A stretch of DNA of 49,606 nucleotides, from NCBI GenBank assembly GCA_903929735.1, contig CAIYVW010000043.1, forward strand, positions 1 to 49,606, read 5' to 3'. The translations under genes were made by a program, and so were the position numbers. The DNA is from an uncultured bacterium. GTDB taxonomy: Bacteria > Patescibacteriota > Minisyncoccia > Phycocordibacterales > UBA9973. The notes beneath the pieces were generated by a model. It did no database searches. It was not told the origin of the DNA and saw only the letters and a program-made list of their open reading frames with translations. Below are positions 20,258 to 28,787 of the stretch, one piece after another (within the stretch, counting starts at the first letter, position 1; each line of letters starts with the position of its first letter).

Positions 20258-21091
20258 TTAATGATTGTCATCAGCATCTATTCTGGTGACAGTGGGTGAA
20301 CTAGTTATGACCTTCTTGGCCTTAGAGAGTTGTACCTGCACAGCATTCCGTATATCTTCCAATTCTTGATGGGTAAACTTGTGGCCTGTTGGATAATGTT
20401 TCTTCTCTTCTTCAAATAGTTCCTTTGCGAACGCATTTGAATTTTCTTGTTTAAGATCTGCTAATACAGAACTAACAAGAAGGTTATGAAACTCTACTCC
20501 ATATCTTCTACATTCTCCCCTGAAGAAGTCATCAGATAAAACCATTTGACCTAAATCAGTCATGTCTCCTTTTATGTAATCTTTGTAGGCAATTTTTCCA
20601 CATGCTTTAATTACATATTTTTTGACTAAACTGATAAGGTTAGAAACCATTTTATCTTCTTTTTGTACTTTGAAATTATCAAAGTTTGATATCTGCCAGT
20701 CACCGTCGGCATCTATCGTGATACTCTTACCAGTTTTATCCTGGCAAGTAAATGAAGGAACTATTACGTTCCGTATTTCCATATCATCAGATTCACCTTC
20801 GGCAAAAGAGAAAATCCAGAACATAAAATAATTTCCAGGGCCTACCCATGTACTATTTCCAAATTCATCTTTAACTTCTGAGCCATTGAAAATTAGGAGC
20901 TTCTCAGTCATGATGGGGACATTTTTTCTATCGCCAAATGCAATTAATGCACCTACAACGATTGAACCAATGAGCCAGAATTTACCATCTAAGTCTCCGT
21001 ATAAACAAAGACCATGCAATAAAAAGAAAGATACCATCCACACTATAACAGATAGTGGATAATTCAAGTTTTTGTTTGAAATAATTTCCAT
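20258..21091 (-). CDS. Membrane protein, weakly SPFH/band-7-like
   Basis: Two N-terminal TMs, GPG, CQDKTGKSITID, RYGVEFHNL reminiscent of SPFH. Confidence 0.55.
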   Translation of the reverse strand: MEIISNKNLNYPLSVIVWMVSFFLLHGLCLYGDLDGKFWLIGSIVVGALIAFGDRKNVPIMTEKLLIFNGSEVKDEFGNSTWVGPGNYFMFWIFSFAEGESDDMEIRNVIVPSFTCQDKTGKSITIDADGDWQISNFDNFKVQKEDKMVSNLISLVKKYVIKACGKIAYKDYIKGDMTDLGQMVLSDDFFRGECRRYGVEFHNLLVSSVLADLKQENSNAFAKELFEEEKKHYPTGHKFTHQELEDIRNAVQVQLSKAKKVITSSPTVTRIDADDNH

Positions 21092-21117
21092 AATAATAAT
21101 TTTTTTTAAAGTTGTTT

Positions 21118-21591
21118 TTATTTCTGCGTTACTATTATTATTAAAGATCCATTTCCACCATCGGTAGACTTGAATCTCAAGTTCATGTTGGCATGACTAT
21201 CATCAAGCCTTACTGAAGCATCTTCACCTGCTATTCCACATACCTCTGCACTGCCACTAAGGCAACAATAGGCTCTGGTTGCACTGATGAAGAAGAAATT
21301 ACATCCAGAAGGGATGTTTACTATATTCCCGTAATTAGGTCCATACTGGACCGTTATTCTATCAGAGTATTTATTACTCTGAGAAGGGGAATACTGTTGG
21401 GCACTAGGCTGACTATTATTATTTTTGTTAGTTTCTTCTCCTTTATTTGATGGGAAAAAGATTACTTTCAAAATAATAATAAAAATAAAACCTAATATTA
21501 TTGCAATAATAATTCCTCCGTAGGAACTATTTTCCTTTTTTGCACCATGGTCATCATGACCACCGTGTCCTCCATGTCCTGCTCCGCTCAT
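21118..21591 (-). CDS. Hypothetical membrane protein with His/Gly-rich N-terminus
   Basis: MSGAGHGGHGGHDDH, TM, Gln/Ser linker, Cys-containing domain. Confidence 0.7.
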   Translation of the reverse strand: MSGAGHGGHGGHDDHGAKKENSSYGGIIIAIILGFIFIIILKVIFFPSNKGEETNKNNNSQPSAQQYSPSQSNKYSDRITVQYGPNYGNIVNIPSGCNFFFISATRAYCCLSGSAEVCGIAGEDASVRLDDSHANMNLRFKSTDGGNGSLIIIVTQK

Positions 21592-21645
21592 AATTAACTG
21601 TTTTTTTTAAGATTTAATTTAATTGTAAAGTTCTTATTTTTATAT

Positions 21646-21734
21646 ATTATATCATTAAATTATAAGAAAGTCAATAGCAAAAAACATAGTAATATATAGC
21701 TTTATTTGACATTCATTACTATTTATTGTAATCT
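21646..21734. promoter_or_regulatory. Divergent sigma-70-type promoter pair
   Basis: Minus TTGACT-17-TATAAT (21674..21646); plus TTGACA-17-TAATCT (21706..21734). Confidence 0.65.
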
Positions 21735-21767
21735 AAGTAAAAATTCGTTAAATTTAAATAAAAAATC

Positions 21768-22148
21768 ATGAACGGAAAAATTTGTGTAGGAGTATTTGAT
21801 GGAGATAAATCAAATAGAATGCTCATTCGAGCTTTATCTAGGAGGATTTCTAGTAATATTATTAAAGAAGCTGCTGATGGCTTGACTGCTTTAGATGTTA
21901 TCGAAGAGAATCAAATAGATATTTGTTTTATTAACCTTAGATTGCCTGTTATTGATGCTGTTAATGTAGCTTTGTCTTTGAAAAATGAGAATTATGAATC
22001 ATTGATTGTTGGATTAAATTCTGATTTTTTTAACAAATCAAATATTGTTAATTTATCTAATTTTAATTCTTGTATAGATATTACACATCCTTCTTTTTCA
22101 GAGTCTATTTCAAATGAAATTATTCAATATATTTTTAAATTAAATTAA
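21768..22148 (+). CDS. Stand-alone pseudo-receiver (CheY-like) protein
   Basis: EAADGLTAL...IDICFINLRLPVIDA; phosphoacceptor Asp position is Asn. Confidence 0.7.
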   Translation: MNGKICVGVFDGDKSNRMLIRALSRRISSNIIKEAADGLTALDVIEENQIDICFINLRLPVIDAVNVALSLKNENYESLIVGLNSDFFNKSNIVNLSNFNSCIDITHPSFSESISNEIIQYIFKLN

Positions 22149-22159
22149 ATTTTGTAATT

Positions 22160-22624
22160 ATGAATGAATTTGATATCAAAAGTTTTATTTTAAAAACTAA
22201 AGTCCCAGATGATATGTCTTTAATAGGCATTATTGTTCAGAGGAATTTAGCCAAGACTAACATTAAGCTCTGGAGAAAAATTTTCAAAAAGTTACCAGTT
22301 GTTTTGAAGTCTTATGATTATTCAAATGGTCTTCCTTATAATTGTCTGATTGAGCTTGAAGTTTGTACTACACTTGTAGCTTTTCTAAATGAAAGTATAT
22401 CTGACAGTATGACCTTACGGCTGAATATCGATGGAAATATTATTTTCCCGAATGATAATTTTAAACAAGAGTCAGATGATTCTACTTTCATTTTTGAGAA
22501 ATGGAAAAGGGAATATTTCCCCAATAATATTTTCCCTTTCAATTTTGGCTATAAAGAGCTAACAGATTGTTTGGGAGAACTTGGTATTCTCTATAAAGAA
22601 ATGATTCCTGAATCGAAAGATTGA
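22160..22624 (+). CDS. Hypothetical protein
   Basis: ORF following 21768, terminator downstream. Confidence 0.65.
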   Translation: MNEFDIKSFILKTKVPDDMSLIGIIVQRNLAKTNIKLWRKIFKKLPVVLKSYDYSNGLPYNCLIELEVCTTLVAFLNESISDSMTLRLNIDGNIIFPNDNFKQESDDSTFIFEKWKREYFPNNIFPFNFGYKELTDCLGELGILYKEMIPESKD

Positions 22625-22652
22625 ATTAAATTGTTATTTTAAATGTAAATAT

Positions 22653-22685
22653 AAAGCACGCACCAGAAATGGGCGTGTTTTTTTT
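22653..22685 (+). terminator. Intrinsic terminator
   Basis: GCACGC..GCGTGT stem followed by T8. Confidence 0.65.
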
Positions 22686-22779
22686 GTGTATTATTATATA
22701 TAAAATAGTTTTAATATTTTGTATTGCCAGAATAGCTAATATGAGGTAATGTAAAGAAAATTCACCAATCTTTTATATT

Positions 22780-23184
22780 ATGAAGAAAGTAATAATTTTT
22801 CAGAGTTTGCCTATTTGGCTTGGTATTATTAAAGATGCTATTAATGAGGCATTTCCGGAAAAAGTGCCAGATGTAGATTATTCTGAAACTTTTGATCAGT
22901 GTTTAGGTCTTATTCCTAAAGAAGGGGAAGTGCTTGTTATTTGTAGCTCAATTTTCCATGGAGATGATTCTCCTTATAAAAAAGGCTTATCAGAAGAGGA
23001 TAAAAAAGATGCTGATACTCTCGCTAGGTTGATTAAAGAAATCAATAAAAAAGCGAAGGTATGGGTTTACTCAGAGTATCCACCTAAAACAATTATTCAC
23101 ATTGATGGTTTTATTTCTAAAGACTTTTATAATGAAAGCCTTAAAAAAGTTGTAAAATTAATCAAAAAAGATTGTTTTATTTAA
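22780..23184 (+). CDS. Hypothetical protein, possibly degenerate receiver fold
   Basis: KKVIIF..., LARLIKEIN...VWVYS..DGFISK; promoter TTGCCA-17-TAATGT at 22724-22752. Confidence 0.6.
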   Translation: MKKVIIFQSLPIWLGIIKDAINEAFPEKVPDVDYSETFDQCLGLIPKEGEVLVICSSIFHGDDSPYKKGLSEEDKKDADTLARLIKEINKKAKVWVYSEYPPKTIIHIDGFISKDFYNESLKKVVKLIKKDCFI

Positions 23185-23205
23185 AATTATAATGTTAAAA
23201 ATATT

Positions 23206-23240
23206 AAATATGCTCACATTAATTTGTGGGCATATTTTTT
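23206..23240. terminator. Terminator between convergent genes
   Basis: AAATATGCTCACA...TGTGGGCATATTT plus T run. Confidence 0.65.
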
Positions 23241-23285
23241 ATGGTATTCAGAGTTAGAGTATAACCTTAATTTCATTTGTTACTC

Positions 23286-23810
23286 TTAAGCTTCTTCATT
23301 TAGTAACTTTTCTATATTTAACTTTCTAGGGCTGTTTGTGACAATAACTTTTTTATCTTTTATGAACCCTAATTTTAAGAACATTTCCTTTTTATGACTT
23401 CGATTCCAATTCAATACCCATTTAAAAAATTTATAATCAACTGTATCTTTTCTATCTTTTTCCATGCCATGTCTTTTCTCTAGTCCTATATTAACCATAA
23501 ATGATCTTTTGAAAATATTAAATATATGACGACGAGTAGGTACATTTATGAAAATTATTAAATCAGCCCAATCTATTCTTTCATTGAGTACTGATCCATA
23601 GTTGCCATCTACAACCCCCGTGTCTCTTGAGAGAAATTCTTTTTTACAAATATTTAACCATTCACTTTTTTCTTTTTGTGACCAGTCTGAATTTAAAAGC
23701 AAATTATCTAGATGGTAAATAGGATAACCTGTATATATACTAATTCTATTTGCTAGAGTAGATTTACCAGAACCACTACCACCTAGAATTATTATCCTTT
23801 TGTATTTCAT
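23286..23810 (-). CDS. P-loop kinase, adenylate-kinase-like / DNA topology modulation (FlaR-like)
   Basis: RIIILGGSGSGKSTLA, HLD, VVDGNY, ADLIIF. Confidence 0.85.
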   Translation of the reverse strand: MKYKRIIILGGSGSGKSTLANRISIYTGYPIYHLDNLLLNSDWSQKEKSEWLNICKKEFLSRDTGVVDGNYGSVLNERIDWADLIIFINVPTRRHIFNIFKRSFMVNIGLEKRHGMEKDRKDTVDYKFFKWVLNWNRSHKKEMFLKLGFIKDKKVIVTNSPRKLNIEKLLNEEA

Positions 23811-23891
23811 AATTTTATTATAGCAGATTACAAATCATTAAAATATTCCATTAGGTCTAATTGAATAACCTATATAAAATAGGTGTTAAAA

Positions 23892-23929
23892 ATGTTGTGA
23901 ACCTAGGGGGTTCAAATTGGAAGCAGATT
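23892..23929. repeat. att-like site A: degenerate tRNA-Glu 3' end plus 20-bp motif
   Basis: ATGTTGTGAACCTA matches 25909-25922 at 13/14; GTTCAAATTGGAAGCAGATT matches 24844-24863 at 19/20. Confidence 0.7.
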
Positions 23930-23976
23930 TTTAAACAGATAATGAAGCTTTCACTAAAATATGATAAAATATCTAT

Positions 23977-24814
23977 ATGAAAATAAATTATGGAGTAAAA
24001 ATTGCCCCACCTACTATAGAAATAGCCAGAGCATTTGGCTCAAAGGAAGAACCAATTCCACTTAAAGGTGGTCAAAATACTTCATATATCGCTGGTAACA
24101 TTGTTTTGAAACCAGCCGGAGGGAAAAGTGGCACCGAGTGGAGAGCCCAAGGTTTTTGTTGTTTCATCAGAAAGTAAAGAGGTACGTTTTCATAGACCCA
24201 TAAAATCAATTCATGGAGAATGGGCACATGAGGGTTATGTAGCTTGGACTTTTTTGAAAGGAGAACATATGAAAGGACAATATGATAAAAAATTAAAAGC
24301 TAGTCGTGCATTTCATGAATTGCTAAAGGGAGTTCCCCAACCTGAAGGTTTAAAAACCCCAAAGGGCCCATGGTCTACTGGTAATTGGGTAGCCTTAAGT
24401 CAAAAAGAATTTGATTACGGTCAAGAATTTATGGATTTATATAACCAGATTAAACCGCACTTAAAACCTTTGCCAGAAGATAGGCAACTAGTTCATGGTG
24501 ATATGTATCAAAATTTTCTTTTAGATGAAATTTTACCCCCAGCTCTTATAGATTTTTCTGGTGTTTGGGCACCGAATGGTTTTGCCGAAGGTATTATGCT
24601 TGCTGATGCTATAAATTGGGGGAATGCAACGGATGAGGAATTAGAAGTATTTAAACAAATTCCCAACATTGAACAAATGGCCTGGAGAGGTGCCCTAACT
24701 AGAATTGCTGAACTAGCGGAACATATTAAATTCTTTGGAAAAGAAAAAGCTGACGCTGTACAAGAGGCTAGAAAACTCCAAAAGGTATTTGACTATTTGA
24801 ATCAAAATTTTTAA
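23977..24814 (+). pseudogene. Aminoglycoside-phosphotransferase-like kinase split by a frameshift near 24150
   Basis: N-lobe (LKGGQ..IVLKP) in 23977..24177; VHGD..NFL and IDFS in 24128..24814; removing one base joins the frames. Confidence 0.75.
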
Positions 24815-24832
24815 TTTTTTTCTTTTAAAATC

Positions 24833-24863
24833 TGTGATTCCAAGTTCAAATTGGAACCAGATT
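24833..24863. repeat. att-like site B
   Basis: TGTGA then GTTCAAATTGGAACCAGATT, shared with site A. Confidence 0.65.
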
Positions 24864-24922
24864 ATAGATAATATAAGGGGATTTCAAGATTTGCAGTTAA
24901 GATGCTAAAATATAATAACAAT

Positions 24923-25249
24923 ATGACAACAATAAGTATAAATATAATAGAGCCATATCTATCCTATATTTTAAATGGCCAAAAGATTATCGAAGGTCGT
25001 TTGAATAAGGGTAAATTTAAAGATTTAAAAATAGGAGATATTTTGCTTATTGGTACCGAGAAAAAAATATTTAATATAGAAAGAATAAGTATATATGATA
25101 ATTTTAAAGATATGCTTAGTAAAGAAGGTGTTCATAATGTAGTTCCCAATAAAGATACAGTAGAAGAAGCTGTAGAAGTTTATTATGGTTTTTATACTAA
25201 AGAACAAGAGAGTAAATTTGGAGTTCTTGCTATTAAAATTAAAGAATAA
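24923..25249 (+). CDS. ASCH domain protein
   Basis: EPYLSYILNGQKIIEGRL..GD; start placed at ATG 24923 (TATAAT 6 nt upstream). Confidence 0.85.
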   Translation: MTTISINIIEPYLSYILNGQKIIEGRLNKGKFKDLKIGDILLIGTEKKIFNIERISIYDNFKDMLSKEGVHNVVPNKDTVEEAVEVYYGFYTKEQESKFGVLAIKIKE

Positions 25250-25253
25250 ATAT

Positions 25254-25733
25254 ATGATTATATTTCTTAATGGTTCGATAAATTCAGGTAAAACAACAAT
25301 AGCTAATATATTAGCTAAAAAAAATTCTAATACTGCATTATTAGAAATAGATACACTTAGGCAAATGATAAACTGGATGCCTATTGATAAGGCAGTTCCT
25401 ATAAATTTAGAAAATGTAGTATCTTTAATAAGAAATTTTTCAAACAAAAAATTTAATGTAATAGTTCCATATCCACTTTCTCAAAAAAATCATGATTATG
25501 TAATGAACGAATTAAAAGATATTAATACTAAAATATTTGTATTTACTCTTTCTCCTAAATTGGAAAAAGCTCTTACTAATCGAGGGAATAGGGAATTAGA
25601 TGATTGGGAAGTTGAAAGAATTAAATATCATTATAATATTGGTATACATAATCCAATATTTGGAGAAATTATAGATAATACTGAACAGACACCAGAAGAA
25701 ACCGCAAATTATATTTTGAGAAAAATATCTTAA
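25254..25733 (+). CDS. P-loop nucleotide kinase-like protein
   Basis: MIIFLNGSINSGKTT...IIDNTEQTPEETA; start moved from 25185 to avoid overlap. Confidence 0.8.
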   Translation: MIIFLNGSINSGKTTIANILAKKNSNTALLEIDTLRQMINWMPIDKAVPINLENVVSLIRNFSNKKFNVIVPYPLSQKNHDYVMNELKDINTKIFVFTLSPKLEKALTNRGNRELDDWEVERIKYHYNIGIHNPIFGEIIDNTEQTPEETANYILRKIS

Positions 25734-25738
25734 TTTAA

Positions 25739-25928
25739 TTGTGAACCTACCGGGACCGTGAGTACACTTATCGAACCTTACAGGTTCAGTACACCTTTTC
25801 CGTTCGTATACTCACACGGAAAAGGTTTTCGCTTCCCGGACGCAAAGTATGCAGATACTTTGCTTAGGGTCATAACAGAAAATACACTCTTGACGAGTGT
25901 AAATTTTCATGTTGTGACCCTACCGGGA
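25739..25928. mobile_element. Structured non-coding mini-element bounded by 17-bp direct repeats of the tRNA-Glu 3' end
   Basis: TTGTGAACCTACCGGGA (25739-25755) vs TTGTGACCCTACCGGGA (25912-25928); several internal hairpins. Confidence 0.6.
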
Positions 25929-25986
25929 ATCGAACCCGGATTACCGGCTTGAAAAGCCGATGTCCTAACCGTTAGACGATAAGGCC
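25915..25986 (-). tRNA. tRNA-Glu (anticodon TTC), CCA not encoded
   Basis: GGCCTTA...TCGGC-TTTTCAA-GCCGG...GGTTCGATTCC...TAGGGTCA cloverleaf. Confidence 0.95.
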
Positions 25987-26142
25987 AATATTAAACTTTA
26001 CTAACTTTATCTTCTAATTGGTCAGACGATAAGGCCAGATAATTACTAATTAATAATTACGAATTAGTATAACATTTTTTGCCAAAAAGACAAATTATTA
26101 ATCTAAATTTATAAAGAAATATTTTTATGATATAATTATAAA

Positions 26143-27648
26143 ATGATTAAAAAACAAATTGCATTAATAGTTCTAGATGGCTGGGGTTACAGAGAAGATA
26201 AGAAAGATAATGCTATAGCTGCTGCTCATAAGCCAAATTTTGATGAAATATGGGCAAAGTATCCTCATACAACTTTAGATGCTTCTGCGTTTGCTGTAGG
26301 GCTACCTAGCGGGCAGATGGGTAATAGTGAAGTGGGTCATATGACTATAGGAGCAGGAAGGCCACTTGATCAAGATTTAGTAAGAATAGATAAATCTATA
26401 TCTTCGGGTGATTTTGCCAATAATTTGGCTTTTGTTGAATTATTCAATCATATAAAAATGAATGACTCGACTCTTCATGTTATGGGTCTTTTGTCTCCTG
26501 GAGGAGTCCATAGTCATATGAATCATCTTTTTGCTTTTCTTAAAGTAGCATTTGATAATGAAATTAGTAAAGTTGTAATTCATGTTTTTACTGATGGACG
26601 AGATGTTCCTCCTCAGAGTGCAGCTGGATATATAAAAGAATTAGAAGAAAAAATTAAAGAAATAGGCATAGGGTCTATTGCTTCAATTTCAGGACGTCTT
26701 TATGCTATGGATAGGGATAATAATTGGGATAGATTATCGAAAGTAGAAGAAGTAATAATGAAAGGAGAAGGTAAAGTCTGCGATGTGGATCCATCTTTAT
26801 ATGTAGAGAATTTATATAAAGAAGGAGTTGTAGATGAACACATCGAACCATTTATATGTTTAGATAAAGAAGGACAGAAACATACAATTCAGAAAAATGA
26901 TGGAATTTTCTTTTTCAATTTTAGAGCAGACAGAGCTCGTATGCTTACACATAAGATAATAGAAATGAAAGAAACGATGAATATTCTTTTGGTTACTATG
27001 ACAGACTATGGTTCAGAATATAAAAGTTTGGTGGCTTTTCCTCCGATTAAGATCGAAACTACTTTAGCAAAAGAATTGTCTAATGCAGGTCTTACTCAAG
27101 CTCATATAACAGAAACAGAGAAATTTGCACATGCTACTTACTTTTTAGATGGAGGAGTAGAGAAGCCTTATCCTGGTGAAGAATATATTCTGATACCTAG
27201 TCGTAAGGATATACTCACTCATGACTTAGCTCCAAAAATGAAAGCTGAAGCAATAGCAGATAAAGTAATAGAGCAAATAAAGAAGGGGACTGATTTTATT
27301 TTTATTAATTTTGCCAATGCAGATATGGTAGGTCATACAGCAAATGTTCCTGCCATAATAACTGCTGTAGAAGAAATAGATAAAGAATTAGGTAGAGTTT
27401 TGGAAGTATTACATTCAAATGGAGGAGTGGCTTGTATAACAGCTGATCATGGGAATGCAGAAATAAATATAGACCAAAAGACAGGAGAAAGACATACTTC
27501 GCATACAACTGATCCTGTGCCTTTCATACTTACGAATATGACTGGAATTTTGCATGAGGGTACATTAGCAGATGTAACTCCTACAATTCTTAAAATTATA
27601 GATATTAAAAAGCCTGATTGTATGACGGGGAATAGTCTTATTGATTAG
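26143..27648 (+). CDS. gpmI: 2,3-bisphosphoglycerate-independent phosphoglycerate mutase
   Basis: LDGWG, QMGNSEVGH, DGRD, NFRADR, DMVGHT, TADHGN. Confidence 0.97.
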   Translation: MIKKQIALIVLDGWGYREDKKDNAIAAAHKPNFDEIWAKYPHTTLDASAFAVGLPSGQMGNSEVGHMTIGAGRPLDQDLVRIDKSISSGDFANNLAFVELFNHIKMNDSTLHVMGLLSPGGVHSHMNHLFAFLKVAFDNEISKVVIHVFTDGRDVPPQSAAGYIKELEEKIKEIGIGSIASISGRLYAMDRDNNWDRLSKVEEVIMKGEGKVCDVDPSLYVENLYKEGVVDEHIEPFICLDKEGQKHTIQKNDGIFFFNFRADRARMLTHKIIEMKETMNILLVTMTDYGSEYKSLVAFPPIKIETTLAKELSNAGLTQAHITETEKFAHATYFLDGGVEKPYPGEEYILIPSRKDILTHDLAPKMKAEAIADKVIEQIKKGTDFIFINFANADMVGHTANVPAIITAVEEIDKELGRVLEVLHSNGGVACITADHGNAEINIDQKTGERHTSHTTDPVPFILTNMTGILHEGTLADVTPTILKIIDIKKPDCMTGNSLID

Positions 27649-27714
27649 AATATTAATAATTATAAACCTTGATAATTAGAGGTTTTTTGAGTATAATCAA
27701 GAAGTTAATATTTA

Positions 27715-27801
27715 GGAAGCGTGGCTGAGTGGTTGAAAGCACCGCTCTCGAAAAGCGGCAGGGGTGAAAACTCCTCGTGAGTTCAAATCTCACCGCTTCC
27801 G
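27715..27801 (+). tRNA. tRNA-Ser (anticodon CGA)
   Basis: GGAAGCG acceptor, CCGCT-CTCGAAA-AGCGG, long variable arm, GTTCAAATC. Confidence 0.95.
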
Positions 27802-27825
27802 CATTGATATTGACTAAAAACCTTT

Positions 27826-27898
27826 GCGCGGTTAGCTCAGTTGGTAGAGCGACCCCTTGACGTGGGGTAGGTCACAGGTTCGACTCCTGTATCGCGCA
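27826..27898 (+). tRNA. tRNA-Val (anticodon GAC)
   Basis: GCGCGGT acceptor, ACCCC-TTGACGT-GGGGT, GGTTCGACTCC. Confidence 0.95.
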
Positions 27899-27985
27899 CA
27901 AAGTATAGGAATACTTTGTACGAGGCCTAGTGCGACGGCACGAGCCAGGGTCATGCAAATTTTCAGTAGAAAATTATGCCTGAAC
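27898..27985 (+). repeat. Structured non-coding motif, copy after tRNA-Val
   Basis: ACAAAGTAT-N4-ATACTTTGT; CGACGG-NN-CGAGC; AAATTTTCAGTAGAAAATTAT. Confidence 0.6.
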
Positions 27986-28028
27986 ACAAAATTACCATTA
28001 GGTTATTTTTTAAATTAATTTTAGATAC

Positions 28029-28787
28029 ATGAGTACACAAATAATAATTTTAGCAGCGGGAAAAGGTAAAAGAATGGAATCAGATGATCCTAAAGCTTTG
28101 GCTCCTCTTAGAGGGAAGCCATTTTTAGAACATATCTTAGGAACATTATCTAAGCTTAATTTACCGATAGAACCAGTTATCGTTGTTGGTCATAAGAAGG
28201 AAAGAATTTTTGAAGTATTTGGAGAAAATCATAAATATGCTCATCAAAAAGAACAATTAGGTACAGGGCATGCTGTTTTGTCAGCAAAAGACTATGTTAA
28301 CTCAAATCATGAAATGGTTTTTGTTGTTTCATCAGACCAACCTTTAATATCAGAACAAACTATTAATGATATTATAAATGCTTATCAAAAAGAAAAATCA
28401 GTAATAACAATGGGCACCGTAATTCTTCCTGATTTTAATGATTGGAGAGCAGGAGCATATAATTTAGGTAGGATAATAAGAGATGAAAATGGAGAAGTTT
28501 TAAAAATAACAGAATACAAAGATGCCACAGAAGAAGAGAGGCAAATAAAAGAAATAAATCCTGCTATCTATGCTTTTGATTCAAAATGGTTATGGAGTAA
28601 TATAAATAATTTGAAGAATTTAAATGCTCAAGGTGAGTATTATCTTACAGACTTAGTAAAAATAGCTCAAGAACAAGGACATAAGATAAAAGCTATTCCT
28701 GTTTCAAATATGATGGAAATATTCCAGCCTAATACAAAAGCAGAATTAGAATTACTTGAAGAAATTTTAATAAAAGAAGGAAAATAA
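28029..28787 (+). CDS. Sugar-phosphate nucleotidyltransferase (GlmU N-terminal domain only)
   Basis: [32 protein letters not shown]; no left-handed beta-helix domain. Confidence 0.88.
   Translation: MSTQIIILAAGKGKRMESDDPKALAPLRGKPFLEHILGTLSKLNLPIEPVIVVGHKKERIFEVFGENHKYAHQKEQLGTGHAVLSAKDYVNSNHEMVFVVSSDQPLISEQTINDIINAYQKEKSVITMGTVILPDFNDWRAGAYNLGRIIRDENGEVLKITEYKDATEEERQIKEINPAIYAFDSKWLWSNINNLKNLNAQGEYYLTDLVKIAQEQGHKIKAIPVSNMMEIFQPNTKAELELLEEILIKEGK

Noticed and set aside
20258..25733. Prophage or defence island
   Set aside because: No phage structural, integrase, nuclease or recognisable defence domains.
23892..25755. Classical integron with attC sites
   Set aside because: No IntI gene and no clear RYYYAAC...GTTRRRY attC ends; the spacers instead resemble tRNA 3' ends.
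25758..25952. 64-aa ORF ending VTLPGIEPGLPA
   Set aside because: Reads through hairpins and the antisense of tRNA-Glu; a typical spurious tRNA-antisense translation.
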